DNA of 64,000 nucleotides from Myxococcota bacterium (GCA_041288095.1 JBGGMJ010000188.1:64001-128000), one strand, 5' to 3'; shown: positions 48,376 to 56,582, numbered from the stretch's first letter. A program made the numbers and translations. The notes: generated from the letters alone by a model not told the origin.

Positions 48376-49769
48376 GCCAAACGCGCGCCCGCCGCCTGCT
48401 CATCGTCGATGACGAAGAGGGCATGCGTCACATGCTGTCGCTCACGCTCGAGCGGCAAGGTTTCACGGTAAGCTCCGTCGCCGACGGCGCCGCCGCGCTC
48501 GAGCGCCTGGCGCAGGGCGACATCGACATCGTTCTCTCCGACGTGCGCATGCCGGGCATGGACGGGCTGACGCTCCTCGACAAGCTGCGCGAGGCAAAGA
48601 GCCCCGTCATCGTCATCATGATGAGCGCGTTCGTCGATCTCGACACCGCCATCGAAGCCTTGAAGCGCGGCGCGGCCGACTACGTCTCGAAGCCCTTCAA
48701 GCCCGACGAGGTGCTGCTCAAGATTCGCATGGCCGACGAGCGCCAGCGGCTCGCCGAAGATCGCGAGCGTCTCGAGGCGGAGAACGCGCGCCTACGTGGC
48801 GAGCCGTCGCTGTCGTCGCTCGGACCCGGCATCGTCGGCAAGAGCAAGCGGCTGGCGGCGATCTTCCAGACCGTGCGCAAGATCGCGGACTACAAGACGA
48901 CCGTGTTGCTGCTCGGCGAGTCCGGGACCGGCAAGGAGCTCGTGGCGCGCGCCATCCACGACCAATCCGTGCGCTCGAAAGGCCCCTTCGTCGCCGTGAA
49001 CTGCGGCGCTATCCCCGAGACGCTCCTCGAGAGCGAGCTCTTCGGCCATGCCAAAGGCGCCTTCACCGACGCGAGCCGCAACAAGCGCGGCATCATCGAG
49101 GAAGCAAACGGCGGCACGCTTTTCCTCGACGAGATCGGCGAGCTCCCATTGCAGCTGCAGGTGAAGCTGCTGCGCTTCCTACAAGAAGACGAGATCCGCA
49201 GGGTCGGCGAGAACAAGGGCATGACCGTCGACGTGCGCGTCGTCGCCGCCACGGCCCGCGATCTGCAGCAGATGGTGGCCGAGGGCGAGTTTCGCGAGGA
49301 CCTGTTCTATCGCTTGAACGTCTTGCTGCTGACGATTCCGCCGCTGCGCGAACGCAAAGACGACGTTCCGCTGCTCGTCGAACACTTTCTCGCCCGCTAT
49401 GGCGAACGTTTGGATCGCGCCGGCATGAGTGTGTCACGCGAGGCCTTGAAGGTCCTCATGGACTACAACTGGCCCGGCAACGTCCGTGAGCTCGAGAACA
49501 CCATCGAGCGTGCCATGGTGTTGAACGAAGGCGACCGCATCGAGGTCGACGGCCTACCGGAGCGCTTGCGCAAGGAGCCCGAGGCGACACCCGAAGCGCT
49601 GGCCTTCGGTGACGACCTGTCGATCAAGCGCGCCGTCCGCGCCATCGAGCGTGAGCTCATCAAGCGCGCCCTCGAAAAGACAGGCGGCAACCGCACGCGC
49701 GCGGCGGACCTGCTCGAGCTCTCGCACCGGGCGTTGCTGTACAAGCTCAAGGAATACGATCTGTCTTGA
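48372..49769 (+). CDS. NtrC-family sigma54-dependent response regulator (Nla19/PxrR-like)
   Basis: REC domain, GESGTGKE, GAFTDA, LFLDEIGE, WPGNVREL and Fis HTH ending SHRALLYKLKEY. Confidence 0.93.
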   Translation: MSQTRARRLLIVDDEEGMRHMLSLTLERQGFTVSSVADGAAALERLAQGDIDIVLSDVRMPGMDGLTLLDKLREAKSPVIVIMMSAFVDLDTAIEALKRGAADYVSKPFKPDEVLLKIRMADERQRLAEDRERLEAENARLRGEPSLSSLGPGIVGKSKRLAAIFQTVRKIADYKTTVLLLGESGTGKELVARAIHDQSVRSKGPFVAVNCGAIPETLLESELFGHAKGAFTDASRNKRGIIEEANGGTLFLDEIGELPLQLQVKLLRFLQEDEIRRVGENKGMTVDVRVVAATARDLQQMVAEGEFREDLFYRLNVLLLTIPPLRERKDDVPLLVEHFLARYGERLDRAGMSVSREALKVLMDYNWPGNVRELENTIERAMVLNEGDRIEVDGLPERLRKEPEATPEALAFGDDLSIKRAVRAIERELIKRALEKTGGNRTRAADLLELSHRALLYKLKEYDLS

Positions 49770-49839
49770 GCGGCCACTCGTACGCTCGCCCGACGTCGCC
49801 TGCACTTCGTACACTCGAATTTTTTTTGTGACACACTGC

Positions 49840-49881
49840 GGCGTCGACGAAACCCTCCCCGGAGGTTTCGTCGTCGACGCC
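49840..49881 (+). ncRNA. Candidate structured sRNA hairpin (Pxr-like)
   Basis: GGCGTCGACGAAACCCTCCCCGGAGGTTTCGTCGTCGACGCC: bulged stem with C-rich apex, 70 bp after the bEBP. Confidence 0.35.
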
Positions 49882-50160
49882 AACTTTGCGCAATGAGCTA
49901 CCGCGCCCAGGTGGGATGATTTGCTTCACTGGCGAGCCGCTATCGCGTTGCTTGTAGGAGCCTTGGTGGTTTGGCACCGAGGGAGTTTGCTTGACCCACC
50001 GCTGCGCTTCGAAAATGCACCGGTGCATTTCGGGCGTACTTTTTTTGGGATGAAATCGACGTCCTGAAGACGAATGTTGTTGACGCGTCTCCGCGTTGAC
50101 ACCGCCTTAGCGGACCGGCGGCCTTGCGAGAATGCCTTCTCTGCGCGCCCGCTCGCGCTC

Positions 50161-50240
50161 TGCTAAATGGGGACACTAACCATTTTCCGTATCAAACCCG
50201 TGCGTGCGTCGGAAAAATGGTTGGTGTCCCCAATTTAGCA
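50161..50240. repeat. ~30-bp imperfect inverted repeat (REP-like)
   Basis: TGCTAAATGGGGACACTAACCATTTTCCG-N20-CGGAAAAATGGTTGGTGTCCCCAATTTAGCA. Confidence 0.75.
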
Positions 50241-50272
50241 AAAAAATTTTCGAGGGAACGAAGTGAAAAGGC

Positions 50273-50836
50273 TCACTTACCGCAGATGAGATGCCCGATC
50301 GCCACGTCCACGTTCAGCGCCACCGTCGCCTTGATGGTCGTGGTGTTCTGCGGCGAGTTGCCGTCGACCTCGGTGCCCAGCGAGAAGCTGCCCGCTTTGG
50401 CGTAGTCCTTGAGGTTCACGTCGGTGACGTCGAGGCCGACCGTGCGCAGGCCCGCCTGGAACGGACCGCCTTCGGCGATGAGCTCGCGGCGGCCGTTTTC
50501 GCCGACTGCGTAGAAGGCAATGCTGTCGATGAACTCGAAGTCCTGCCCGGAGGCGGGCGAGATGATCTCGAGGGTCAGCGAGTCCACTTTGACGGAGTCG
50601 ACGTCGTCGATGTCGAAGCCGCGGTTCTTGAACTCTTGCTCGTTGCTGACGTCGATGCTGCCGAACTCGACGAAGCCGAGCTCGTCCAGGATGCTGAGGG
50701 GCGAGCCGCCTTGAATCGTCGTGTTGGCGCTCTTGGTGATGATGATGTTGTCGAGGTTGCTGCACGCAAGGAAGGCGAAGACGACGCAAATGCGGCCAAC
50801 GAGGAGCTTGCGGCGGAGATTCGGGCGATTGGTCAT
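50273..50836 (-). CDS. Hypothetical lipoprotein
   Basis: FAFLAC lipobox; beta-rich mature part; start ATG 50836 or 50845. Confidence 0.8.
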   Translation of the reverse strand: MTNRPNLRRKLLVGRICVVFAFLACSNLDNIIITKSANTTIQGGSPLSILDELGFVEFGSIDVSNEQEFKNRGFDIDDVDSVKVDSLTLEIISPASGQDFEFIDSIAFYAVGENGRRELIAEGGPFQAGLRTVGLDVTDVNLKDYAKAGSFSLGTEVDGNSPQNTTTIKATVALNVDVAIGHLICGK

Positions 50837-50904
50837 CGTGGGCATCTTACGAGGACGCGCCCGTGACGGGAAATATTCTGACGAAGAGGGTTATCGGGGG
50901 TGGA

Positions 50905-50980
50905 TGGTGGAGCCGAACGGGATCGAACCGTCGACCTCCTGAATGCCATTCAGGCGCTCTCCCAGCTGAGCTACGGCCCC
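50905..50980 (-). tRNA. tRNA-Ala(GGC)
   Basis: GGGGCCGTAGCTCAGCTGGGAGAGCGCCTGAATGGCATTCAGGAGGTCGACGGTTCGATCCCGTTCGGCTCCACCA: 76 nt, G3:U70 pair, encoded CCA. Confidence 0.98.
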
Positions 50981-51020
50981 ATGTCCACCCACAGCGCTCT
51001 GGGAGCGCTGCGAACCTGTC

Positions 51021-51440
51021 TCAATTCGTCGACTTGCTTACGCTCGTGCGCGCTTTTTTGCTAGTGCGCGCTTTCTTTGCCGCCGGACGCTTCTTGGCCG
51101 GGGCTGTGTGTCCGTTGAGCTCGCCTTCGGCGTGAGCATTCACGCGAACGCCGGCCCGCTTGCTGGCCGCTTGCGGTGCAAGGCTGGTCACGACCTCGTT
51201 GAGGCGCTCGACCGTGCGTTGCACGAACGAGGGAAGCGGAACTTTGCCCTGATTGGCGAGCTTGTAGGTCTGCTCGCCGAGCAGCACCATCAAGCGATCG
51301 CGCTCCTGCATGAGGCGACGGATATCGGCCTCGATGCGGTCGCCGCGGCGGCGGACGACTTGACGCACGTCGTCGAGTTGATCGACTGCCTGTCGGAACA
51401 ACGCGCCTACCTGTGCTTTCAACGCAGCCCGCTTTGCCAT
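51021..51440 (-). CDS. Hypothetical coiled-coil protein with basic PAKK-rich tail
   Basis: Helical N-terminal part; APAKKRPAAKKARTSKK tail. Confidence 0.7.
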   Translation of the reverse strand: MAKRAALKAQVGALFRQAVDQLDDVRQVVRRRGDRIEADIRRLMQERDRLMVLLGEQTYKLANQGKVPLPSFVQRTVERLNEVVTSLAPQAASKRAGVRVNAHAEGELNGHTAPAKKRPAAKKARTSKKARTSVSKSTN

Positions 51441-51618
51441 GGGAAAGGTCTCCGGATCCGCGGCGCGTGTAGCAAACGGCATCTTGGGCTGTCAATTCAA
51501 AGAAGTGTGGGTGGTCCGGCTACCACCCAAAAAGATTTTTTCCGTCCCCGTCGTCTGCCGTGTCTAATCGGCAAACATCGCTCACGACCTTTGGGCCGTG
51601 CATCGCGAAGGAGACATT

Positions 51619-52590
51619 ATGCGTTGGTCTAAATACCTCATTCCCGCCGGCTTCCTCTTCGCGGTGGCCTGCGGCAAAGAAGAAGCCACTTTCCAGGAGG
51701 CCTTGCCCAGCAAGGACGCTCTCACCGTCAACGCGCCTGACAGCTCCAACGCGCTCGCGGTCGGTCAGCTCTCGGGCTTCTACGTCATCACGCGCTTGGC
51801 GACCGTCGGCGTGAACGTCACCGTGGCTGGCATCTTCAACCTGCTCGAGGACATCGTTCGCCAGCCGCCGACCACGATCGAGGGCGAGACCGCGATCTGG
51901 GGTCCGGGCGCGGGCGACGCGCTCGACCCGAACGTCTATCGCCTGGTCGTGACCGGCGCGAACGGCAAGTTCACCTACAGCCTGGAGTACCGCCGCAAGA
52001 ATTCGGAGGGCGACTTCATCGTGCTGGCCTCGGGCCACTCGGACAAGTCGAGCGGCGAGGCCGACGGCGTTGGTGACCTCAGCATCTTCGTGACCGCCTG
52101 GGGCGAGGCGAGCCTGAACCCCTGCGATCGCGGCACCGCGGTGATCAACTACGACACCACGACCCAGCCGCAGAAGCTCAGCATCGACTTCTCGGACTTC
52201 CGCAGCTGCGAAGAGGCCGAGGACGGTGTCTACTCGGCAAGCTACTACTACGACCGTTTCGCCGACGGCAGTGGCAACTTCCAGTTCACCGCGAACGGCG
52301 ACATCCAGGAAGGCGCCCGCGCCGTCGACGTCCTCGAGGACCTGGTCATCCGCTCGCGCTGGAACGCCACCGGCGCCGGCCGCTCGGACGCCAAGATCTC
52401 GGGCGGTGACTTGAGCCTCGAAGGTGTCACGGAAGTGACCACCAGCGAGTGCTGGGACGCGAACTTCGGCATCACCTTCGCGGTGACCACGCCGCAGGTC
52501 GTCGACCTCGACCATACCGCCGGCGCGGAGAGCGCTTGCCCGGCAGGCATGCAATCGGCCAGCTACTCGGTGGATGCCTCGATCCTCTAA
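51619..52590 (+). CDS. Hypothetical lipoprotein A (paralog of 55611-56582)
   Basis: AGGAG SD; FAVAC lipobox; WGP, ISGGDL, ECWD and ACP motifs. Confidence 0.85.
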   Translation: MRWSKYLIPAGFLFAVACGKEEATFQEALPSKDALTVNAPDSSNALAVGQLSGFYVITRLATVGVNVTVAGIFNLLEDIVRQPPTTIEGETAIWGPGAGDALDPNVYRLVVTGANGKFTYSLEYRRKNSEGDFIVLASGHSDKSSGEADGVGDLSIFVTAWGEASLNPCDRGTAVINYDTTTQPQKLSIDFSDFRSCEEAEDGVYSASYYYDRFADGSGNFQFTANGDIQEGARAVDVLEDLVIRSRWNATGAGRSDAKISGGDLSLEGVTEVTTSECWDANFGITFAVTTPQVVDLDHTAGAESACPAGMQSASYSVDASIL

Positions 52591-52608
52591 CTAGGAACGA
52601 CGTGTGCA

Positions 52609-52646
52609 AAGCCCCCGCAGGTCACTCCGAGTGCCTGCGGGGGCTT
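52609..52646 (+). terminator. Strong hairpin between lipoprotein A and the ECF sigma gene
   Basis: AAGCCCCCGCAGG(T)CACT-CCG-AGTGCCTGCGGGGGCTT; only a short U tail. Confidence 0.55.
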
Positions 52647-52668
52647 CACGCGTCATTCGATCGTCTTC

Positions 52669-53205
52669 ATGGACAACAGCGACGACCGCCCAGACCTTCG
52701 CGCTCTCTACGAGCGCTATGGTCATTCCGTCTTCCGGCGCTGTCGCTACTTCCTACGCACCGACGACGACGCGCGCGACGCCATGCACGAGGTCTTCCTC
52801 AAGGTGGTCTCCTCGTATGGCGACTTTCGCGGACAGGCTTCGCCGCTCACTTGGCTCACCCGCATTGCCACGCACCACTGCTTGAACGTCCTACGCGGTC
52901 GCAAAGCCGGCTGGCACGAGCGGTACGCGCAGGTGGTCGAAGTGGGCGCTCAGTGGAACGAACCTGGACAGGCCTCGTTCGAGCGCGCCGAGCTCGTGCG
53001 CCGGTTGCTGGCGCGCCTCGGTCGCGAGGAGCAGGAAGCCGCGATCTATTACTTCGTCGACGAGATGAACCAGGACGAGGCCGCCCGGGCCTGCGATTGC
53101 TCCCTGCCCACCCTGCGGAAACGCTTGCGGCGGTTCATCGAGGTGGCCCGCAAGGAGCTCAAGCGCGAGGACGCGACGTTGGTCTTCGGGGAAGCCCCGA
53201 TCTGA
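52669..53205 (+). CDS. ECF-type RNA polymerase sigma factor
   Basis: LYERY...DARDAMHEVFLK, FRGQASPLTWLTRIATHHCLN (sigma2); EMNQDEAA...SLPTLRKRL (sigma4). Confidence 0.92.
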   Translation: MDNSDDRPDLRALYERYGHSVFRRCRYFLRTDDDARDAMHEVFLKVVSSYGDFRGQASPLTWLTRIATHHCLNVLRGRKAGWHERYAQVVEVGAQWNEPGQASFERAELVRRLLARLGREEQEAAIYYFVDEMNQDEAARACDCSLPTLRKRLRRFIEVARKELKREDATLVFGEAPI

Positions 53206-53280
53206 CGCCGGCGCCCGTGGTGTGATGGGCGACACGTTTTTCTTTTTCTCTTTCGCAAGCCCACGGGGTCTGTTGATTCG

Positions 53281-53988
53281 ATGAGCACGCACGACGCCAT
53301 CTCTTCCTTCATGCTCGAGCGCTACGCTGTCGGCGAGCTCGACGGTGCCGACCTCGCGGCGGTCGAAGCGGCCCTCGCGGCCGACCCGGCGCTTGCGGCC
53401 CGCGTCGAGAGCATGCGTAGCGCGCGTCAGCAGTTCCTCGCCGACGAGCCCTACGCCACCTTTCGCATCGAGCATGAGCGCCGCCGGGCGCCGGTGAAGA
53501 AGCGCTTTTCCTTGTGGCTGCCCACGGGCTTTGCCGCGGCGGCGGCGACGGCGCTCTTGCTGCTGTTTATCGTGCCCGAGGTGGACAGCGAGCGCGTCAA
53601 GGGCTCGGGAGTCGGTCTCACGGTGGCCTTGGTCGGGAGCGGCGCGCCCAAAGCGTTGGCCAGCGGCGCCGTGGTGCACCCGGGGGATCGTCTACAGCTC
53701 GCCTACGATGCCGGCGACTATCGCTACCTCGCGTTGATTGGAATCGATGGCGGCGGCGTCATGAACGTCTACTATCCCGAGGGTGGCGAGGTGATGGCTC
53801 GCCGGCCCGCGGAGTCGCGCGGAGCCTTTCCTTTCAGCCTGACGCTGGATGCGACCTTGGGCACCGAGACCATGGTGGCGGTTTTCGCGGAGCAGCCGTT
53901 GCCGCTCAAGCGGATCGAAGAAGCAGTCCGCAAGAATGAGGTTTTGCCGGGGGTAAGCACGGTTCGTGTGACGCTCGACAAGGAGTAG
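53281..53988 (+). CDS. Membrane anti-sigma factor with periplasmic DUF4384-like domain
   Basis: N-terminal LERYAVGEL...VEAAL (zinc-free ASD-like), one TM helix, RVKG, VHPGDRLQL...GIDGGG...YYP...SLTLD...E..VAVF. Confidence 0.78.
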   Translation: MSTHDAISSFMLERYAVGELDGADLAAVEAALAADPALAARVESMRSARQQFLADEPYATFRIEHERRRAPVKKRFSLWLPTGFAAAAATALLLLFIVPEVDSERVKGSGVGLTVALVGSGAPKALASGAVVHPGDRLQLAYDAGDYRYLALIGIDGGGVMNVYYPEGGEVMARRPAESRGAFPFSLTLDATLGTETMVAVFAEQPLPLKRIEEAVRKNEVLPGVSTVRVTLDKE

Positions 53989-54000
53989 AAGAACGCAATC

Positions 54001-55614
54001 ATGACTGGTTGGCTGCTCAGCATCGCGCTCTTGACGAGCGCTCTGAACGTCAACGAGCCCGTCGAACGCCGGGTCGCTCTACTCGTGTCTCATCCGTTCG
54101 GCGGCGACGATCTCACGCCGCTCCGCTACACCGACAACGACGTTGCCCGCATGCGCGATGTCTTGCGCATGACCGGCGGCTTCGCCGAGCGCGACATCGT
54201 CGTGGTCTCCGCCGAGGATGCCAACAAGGTACGCGCCGCCTTCGCGGCGTTGCGCGAGCGCCTGCAAGCCGACAAGCGGCCGTCGCTCCTGCTCTTCTAC
54301 TATTCGGGACACGCGAAGGACGGCGAGCTGCGGCTCGGCAAGTCGACGCTGGCACTGACCGAGGTGAAGCGTCTGCTCGAGCAGACACAGGCGTCGTTCC
54401 GCATCGCGCTCCTCGACGCTTGCCGCGTCGGCAGCATCACCCGCTTGAAGGGCGCCACCAAGGGCGAGCCGGTGAGCATCGACATCGACGACACGACGAT
54501 GCAGAGCGGGCAGGTGCTGATCACCGCCTCGTCCGACGATGAGGACGCGCAGGAGAGCGACGAGATCCAGGGCTCGTTCTTCACGCACTACCTGACGAGC
54601 GGTCTGCGTGGCGCCGCCGATCTCGATCGCGACGGCCGCGTGACACTCTCGGAAGCCTACGGGTTCGCCTACGAGAACACCGTGTCGCGCACCGTGGCGA
54701 CGCGCGGCGGCACGCAGCACCCGACCTTCCGCTTCGACATGCGCGGCGCCGGCGACGTCACTTTGGCGCGCGCCGACGCGCCGACCTCGGGCATCAGCTT
54801 CCCCAAGGCGCTCGCGGGCGAGTTCGTCGTCTTCGACAGCAAGCGCCGCGTCGTCGTCGCCGAGTTCGACAAGGACACGAGCGAGAGCCTGCGTGTCGCG
54901 GTCGCGCCCGGCGACTACGTCGTCAAGAAGCGCGAGACCGACCACGTGCGCTTGAGCCGCCTCAAGGTGCGCGACGACAACTTCGTGACCGTCGACGTGA
55001 ACGCCATGGAGAAGGTCGCTTTCGCGGACGACTACGCCAAGGGTCAGACGATCTCCGCGCAAGAGGTCATTCACGGCAAGCTCGGCGTCTTGCTCTCGGC
55101 GCAGCTCGGCGTGCAGTCGTTCTTGTCGGCGCCGATCCGTGACGCCTACGTGCCGACCCTCGGGCTCTTCAAGCTGACGCTCGATCTCCGCAACGCCATT
55201 CGCCGCAACGTCGGCGTGCGCTTCGACGCGGGCGTCGGCTCGAGCGGCGAGCAGGGTCTCGCGGTGACCGACCCCTTGCTGGGTGACCTCGGCTACCGCG
55301 CGCGCGTCTCGCTGTTCACCGCTGGCGTCGGTCTCACCGGCGACGTGCCGTTCACGTCGTGGCTCCGCTTGAGCGGTGTCGGCCGACTCGGCTTCATCCG
55401 GGTGGCGCGCGAGTTCACCGGCGCCGAAGCCATCCCGACGCAGGCGTTCTCGACGCTCACGCCCGGGATCGAAGCGCGATTGATCGCTCGTTGCACCAAC
55501 TGGCTCGAGGCAGGCCTCGGGGCCGGCGTGCACTATGTGTTTTTCAACGGGGACGAGTCGCAGTCGCTCGCTTACGTCGACGGCGGTCTCATTCTCACGG
55601 CGGTGCTGCGATGA
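54001..55614 (+). CDS. Exported caspase-family (peptidase C14) protease with predicted C-terminal beta-barrel
   Basis: Signal peptide; YYSGH (His104) and LDAC (Cys141); AQES...GSFFTH; EF-hand-like DLDRDGRVTLSE; eight amphipathic strands. Confidence 0.88.
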   Translation: MTGWLLSIALLTSALNVNEPVERRVALLVSHPFGGDDLTPLRYTDNDVARMRDVLRMTGGFAERDIVVVSAEDANKVRAAFAALRERLQADKRPSLLLFYYSGHAKDGELRLGKSTLALTEVKRLLEQTQASFRIALLDACRVGSITRLKGATKGEPVSIDIDDTTMQSGQVLITASSDDEDAQESDEIQGSFFTHYLTSGLRGAADLDRDGRVTLSEAYGFAYENTVSRTVATRGGTQHPTFRFDMRGAGDVTLARADAPTSGISFPKALAGEFVVFDSKRRVVVAEFDKDTSESLRVAVAPGDYVVKKRETDHVRLSRLKVRDDNFVTVDVNAMEKVAFADDYAKGQTISAQEVIHGKLGVLLSAQLGVQSFLSAPIRDAYVPTLGLFKLTLDLRNAIRRNVGVRFDAGVGSSGEQGLAVTDPLLGDLGYRARVSLFTAGVGLTGDVPFTSWLRLSGVGRLGFIRVAREFTGAEAIPTQAFSTLTPGIEARLIARCTNWLEAGLGAGVHYVFFNGDESQSLAYVDGGLILTAVLR

Positions 55615-56582
55615 AGCGCATCTCGATGGCACTCGTGGCGCTCTTGGGCGCGTGTGGAGAGCTCTCGAACGACGATCTCGTCTTCCTGCGCGGTGTACCG
55701 CAGAAGGAGGAGCTCAGCCTCGATGTCGAGGAGGCTGTGGAGAACGGCCTCGTGGGCGCGCCGGCCGAGTTCTACGCCTTCCTGATCGCGGCCTCGGAGG
55801 AGACCAACAACGACGTCGCGAACCTGCTCGACTTCGTCGACAGCATCGGCAAGGGCTACCCGCCGACCACGCGCGAGCACAACCTGCGGGTCTGGGGCCC
55901 GGTGCGCAACGTCGACGGCAGCGGCACTACCGTTCGTTTCGAGGTCCGTCGTGAAGGCGACACGTTCCGCTATTGCCTCCATACGGCGCGGGACAGCGAA
56001 GTCACGGGCGAGCCGACCTGCGACGACATCCCCGGGGGCTTCGGCATGGTGGCGATTCTCTACGGCGAGTACCGCCCGCGCACCGTTGGCGGTGGCGCCC
56101 GCGAAAGCGACGGCGTCGCGACGCTCGATATGGAGAGCGCGTTCCAGCGTGGCCTCGGCTTCTCGCGCGGCAAGCTAGTCGTCACCCACGCATACGCCGA
56201 GGACGGCGACACCAAGCAGCTCACGATCACCGCGGACGCGCCGCAGATCGGCCTGCAGCCGGCGGTCCACGCCGCCTACTCGTACGACCGTGACGTCGAC
56301 GGCCGTGTGCAATTCTCGCTCGAGGCGCCCGGCGACTTCATCGAGACGACGCGCATCCCGGAGGATATGCAGATCGACGCCTGCTGGCGTGAAGGCAGCC
56401 CCGGCCGCGCCAACGTCGTCATCAGTGGTGGCGATCTGCTGGGCTTCAGCCCCGCGACCGCGGTCGAGTGCTGGGACGGCGGTATCGCTCGTACGTACGC
56501 GAGCTTCGAGCTCCCCGACTTCCCCATCTACAACTCGAACGAAGGCAACATCGCCGCCTGCCCGCCGCCGAACTGCGAGTGA
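55611..56582 (+). CDS. Hypothetical lipoprotein B (paralog of 51619-52590)
   Basis: ATGA overlap; LLGAC lipobox; WGP, ISGGDL, ECWD and ACP motifs. Confidence 0.85.
   Translation: MKRISMALVALLGACGELSNDDLVFLRGVPQKEELSLDVEEAVENGLVGAPAEFYAFLIAASEETNNDVANLLDFVDSIGKGYPPTTREHNLRVWGPVRNVDGSGTTVRFEVRREGDTFRYCLHTARDSEVTGEPTCDDIPGGFGMVAILYGEYRPRTVGGGARESDGVATLDMESAFQRGLGFSRGKLVVTHAYAEDGDTKQLTITADAPQIGLQPAVHAAYSYDRDVDGRVQFSLEAPGDFIETTRIPEDMQIDACWREGSPGRANVVISGGDLLGFSPATAVECWDGGIARTYASFELPDFPIYNSNEGNIAACPPPNCE

Noticed and set aside
49971..49992. TTGGCAC...TTTGCT sigma54-like site
   Set aside because: GG-to-GC spacing is 14 nt, not the required 10
50905..50980. tRNA-Ala as an island integration site
   Set aside because: No integrase and no duplicated tRNA 3' end seen in the window
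54001..55614. Caspase as a cytoplasmic anti-phage or cell-death effector (gasdermin, CRISPR or NLR type)
   Set aside because: It has a signal peptide and a predicted barrel, and no gasdermin, cas, STAND or TIR gene is nearby
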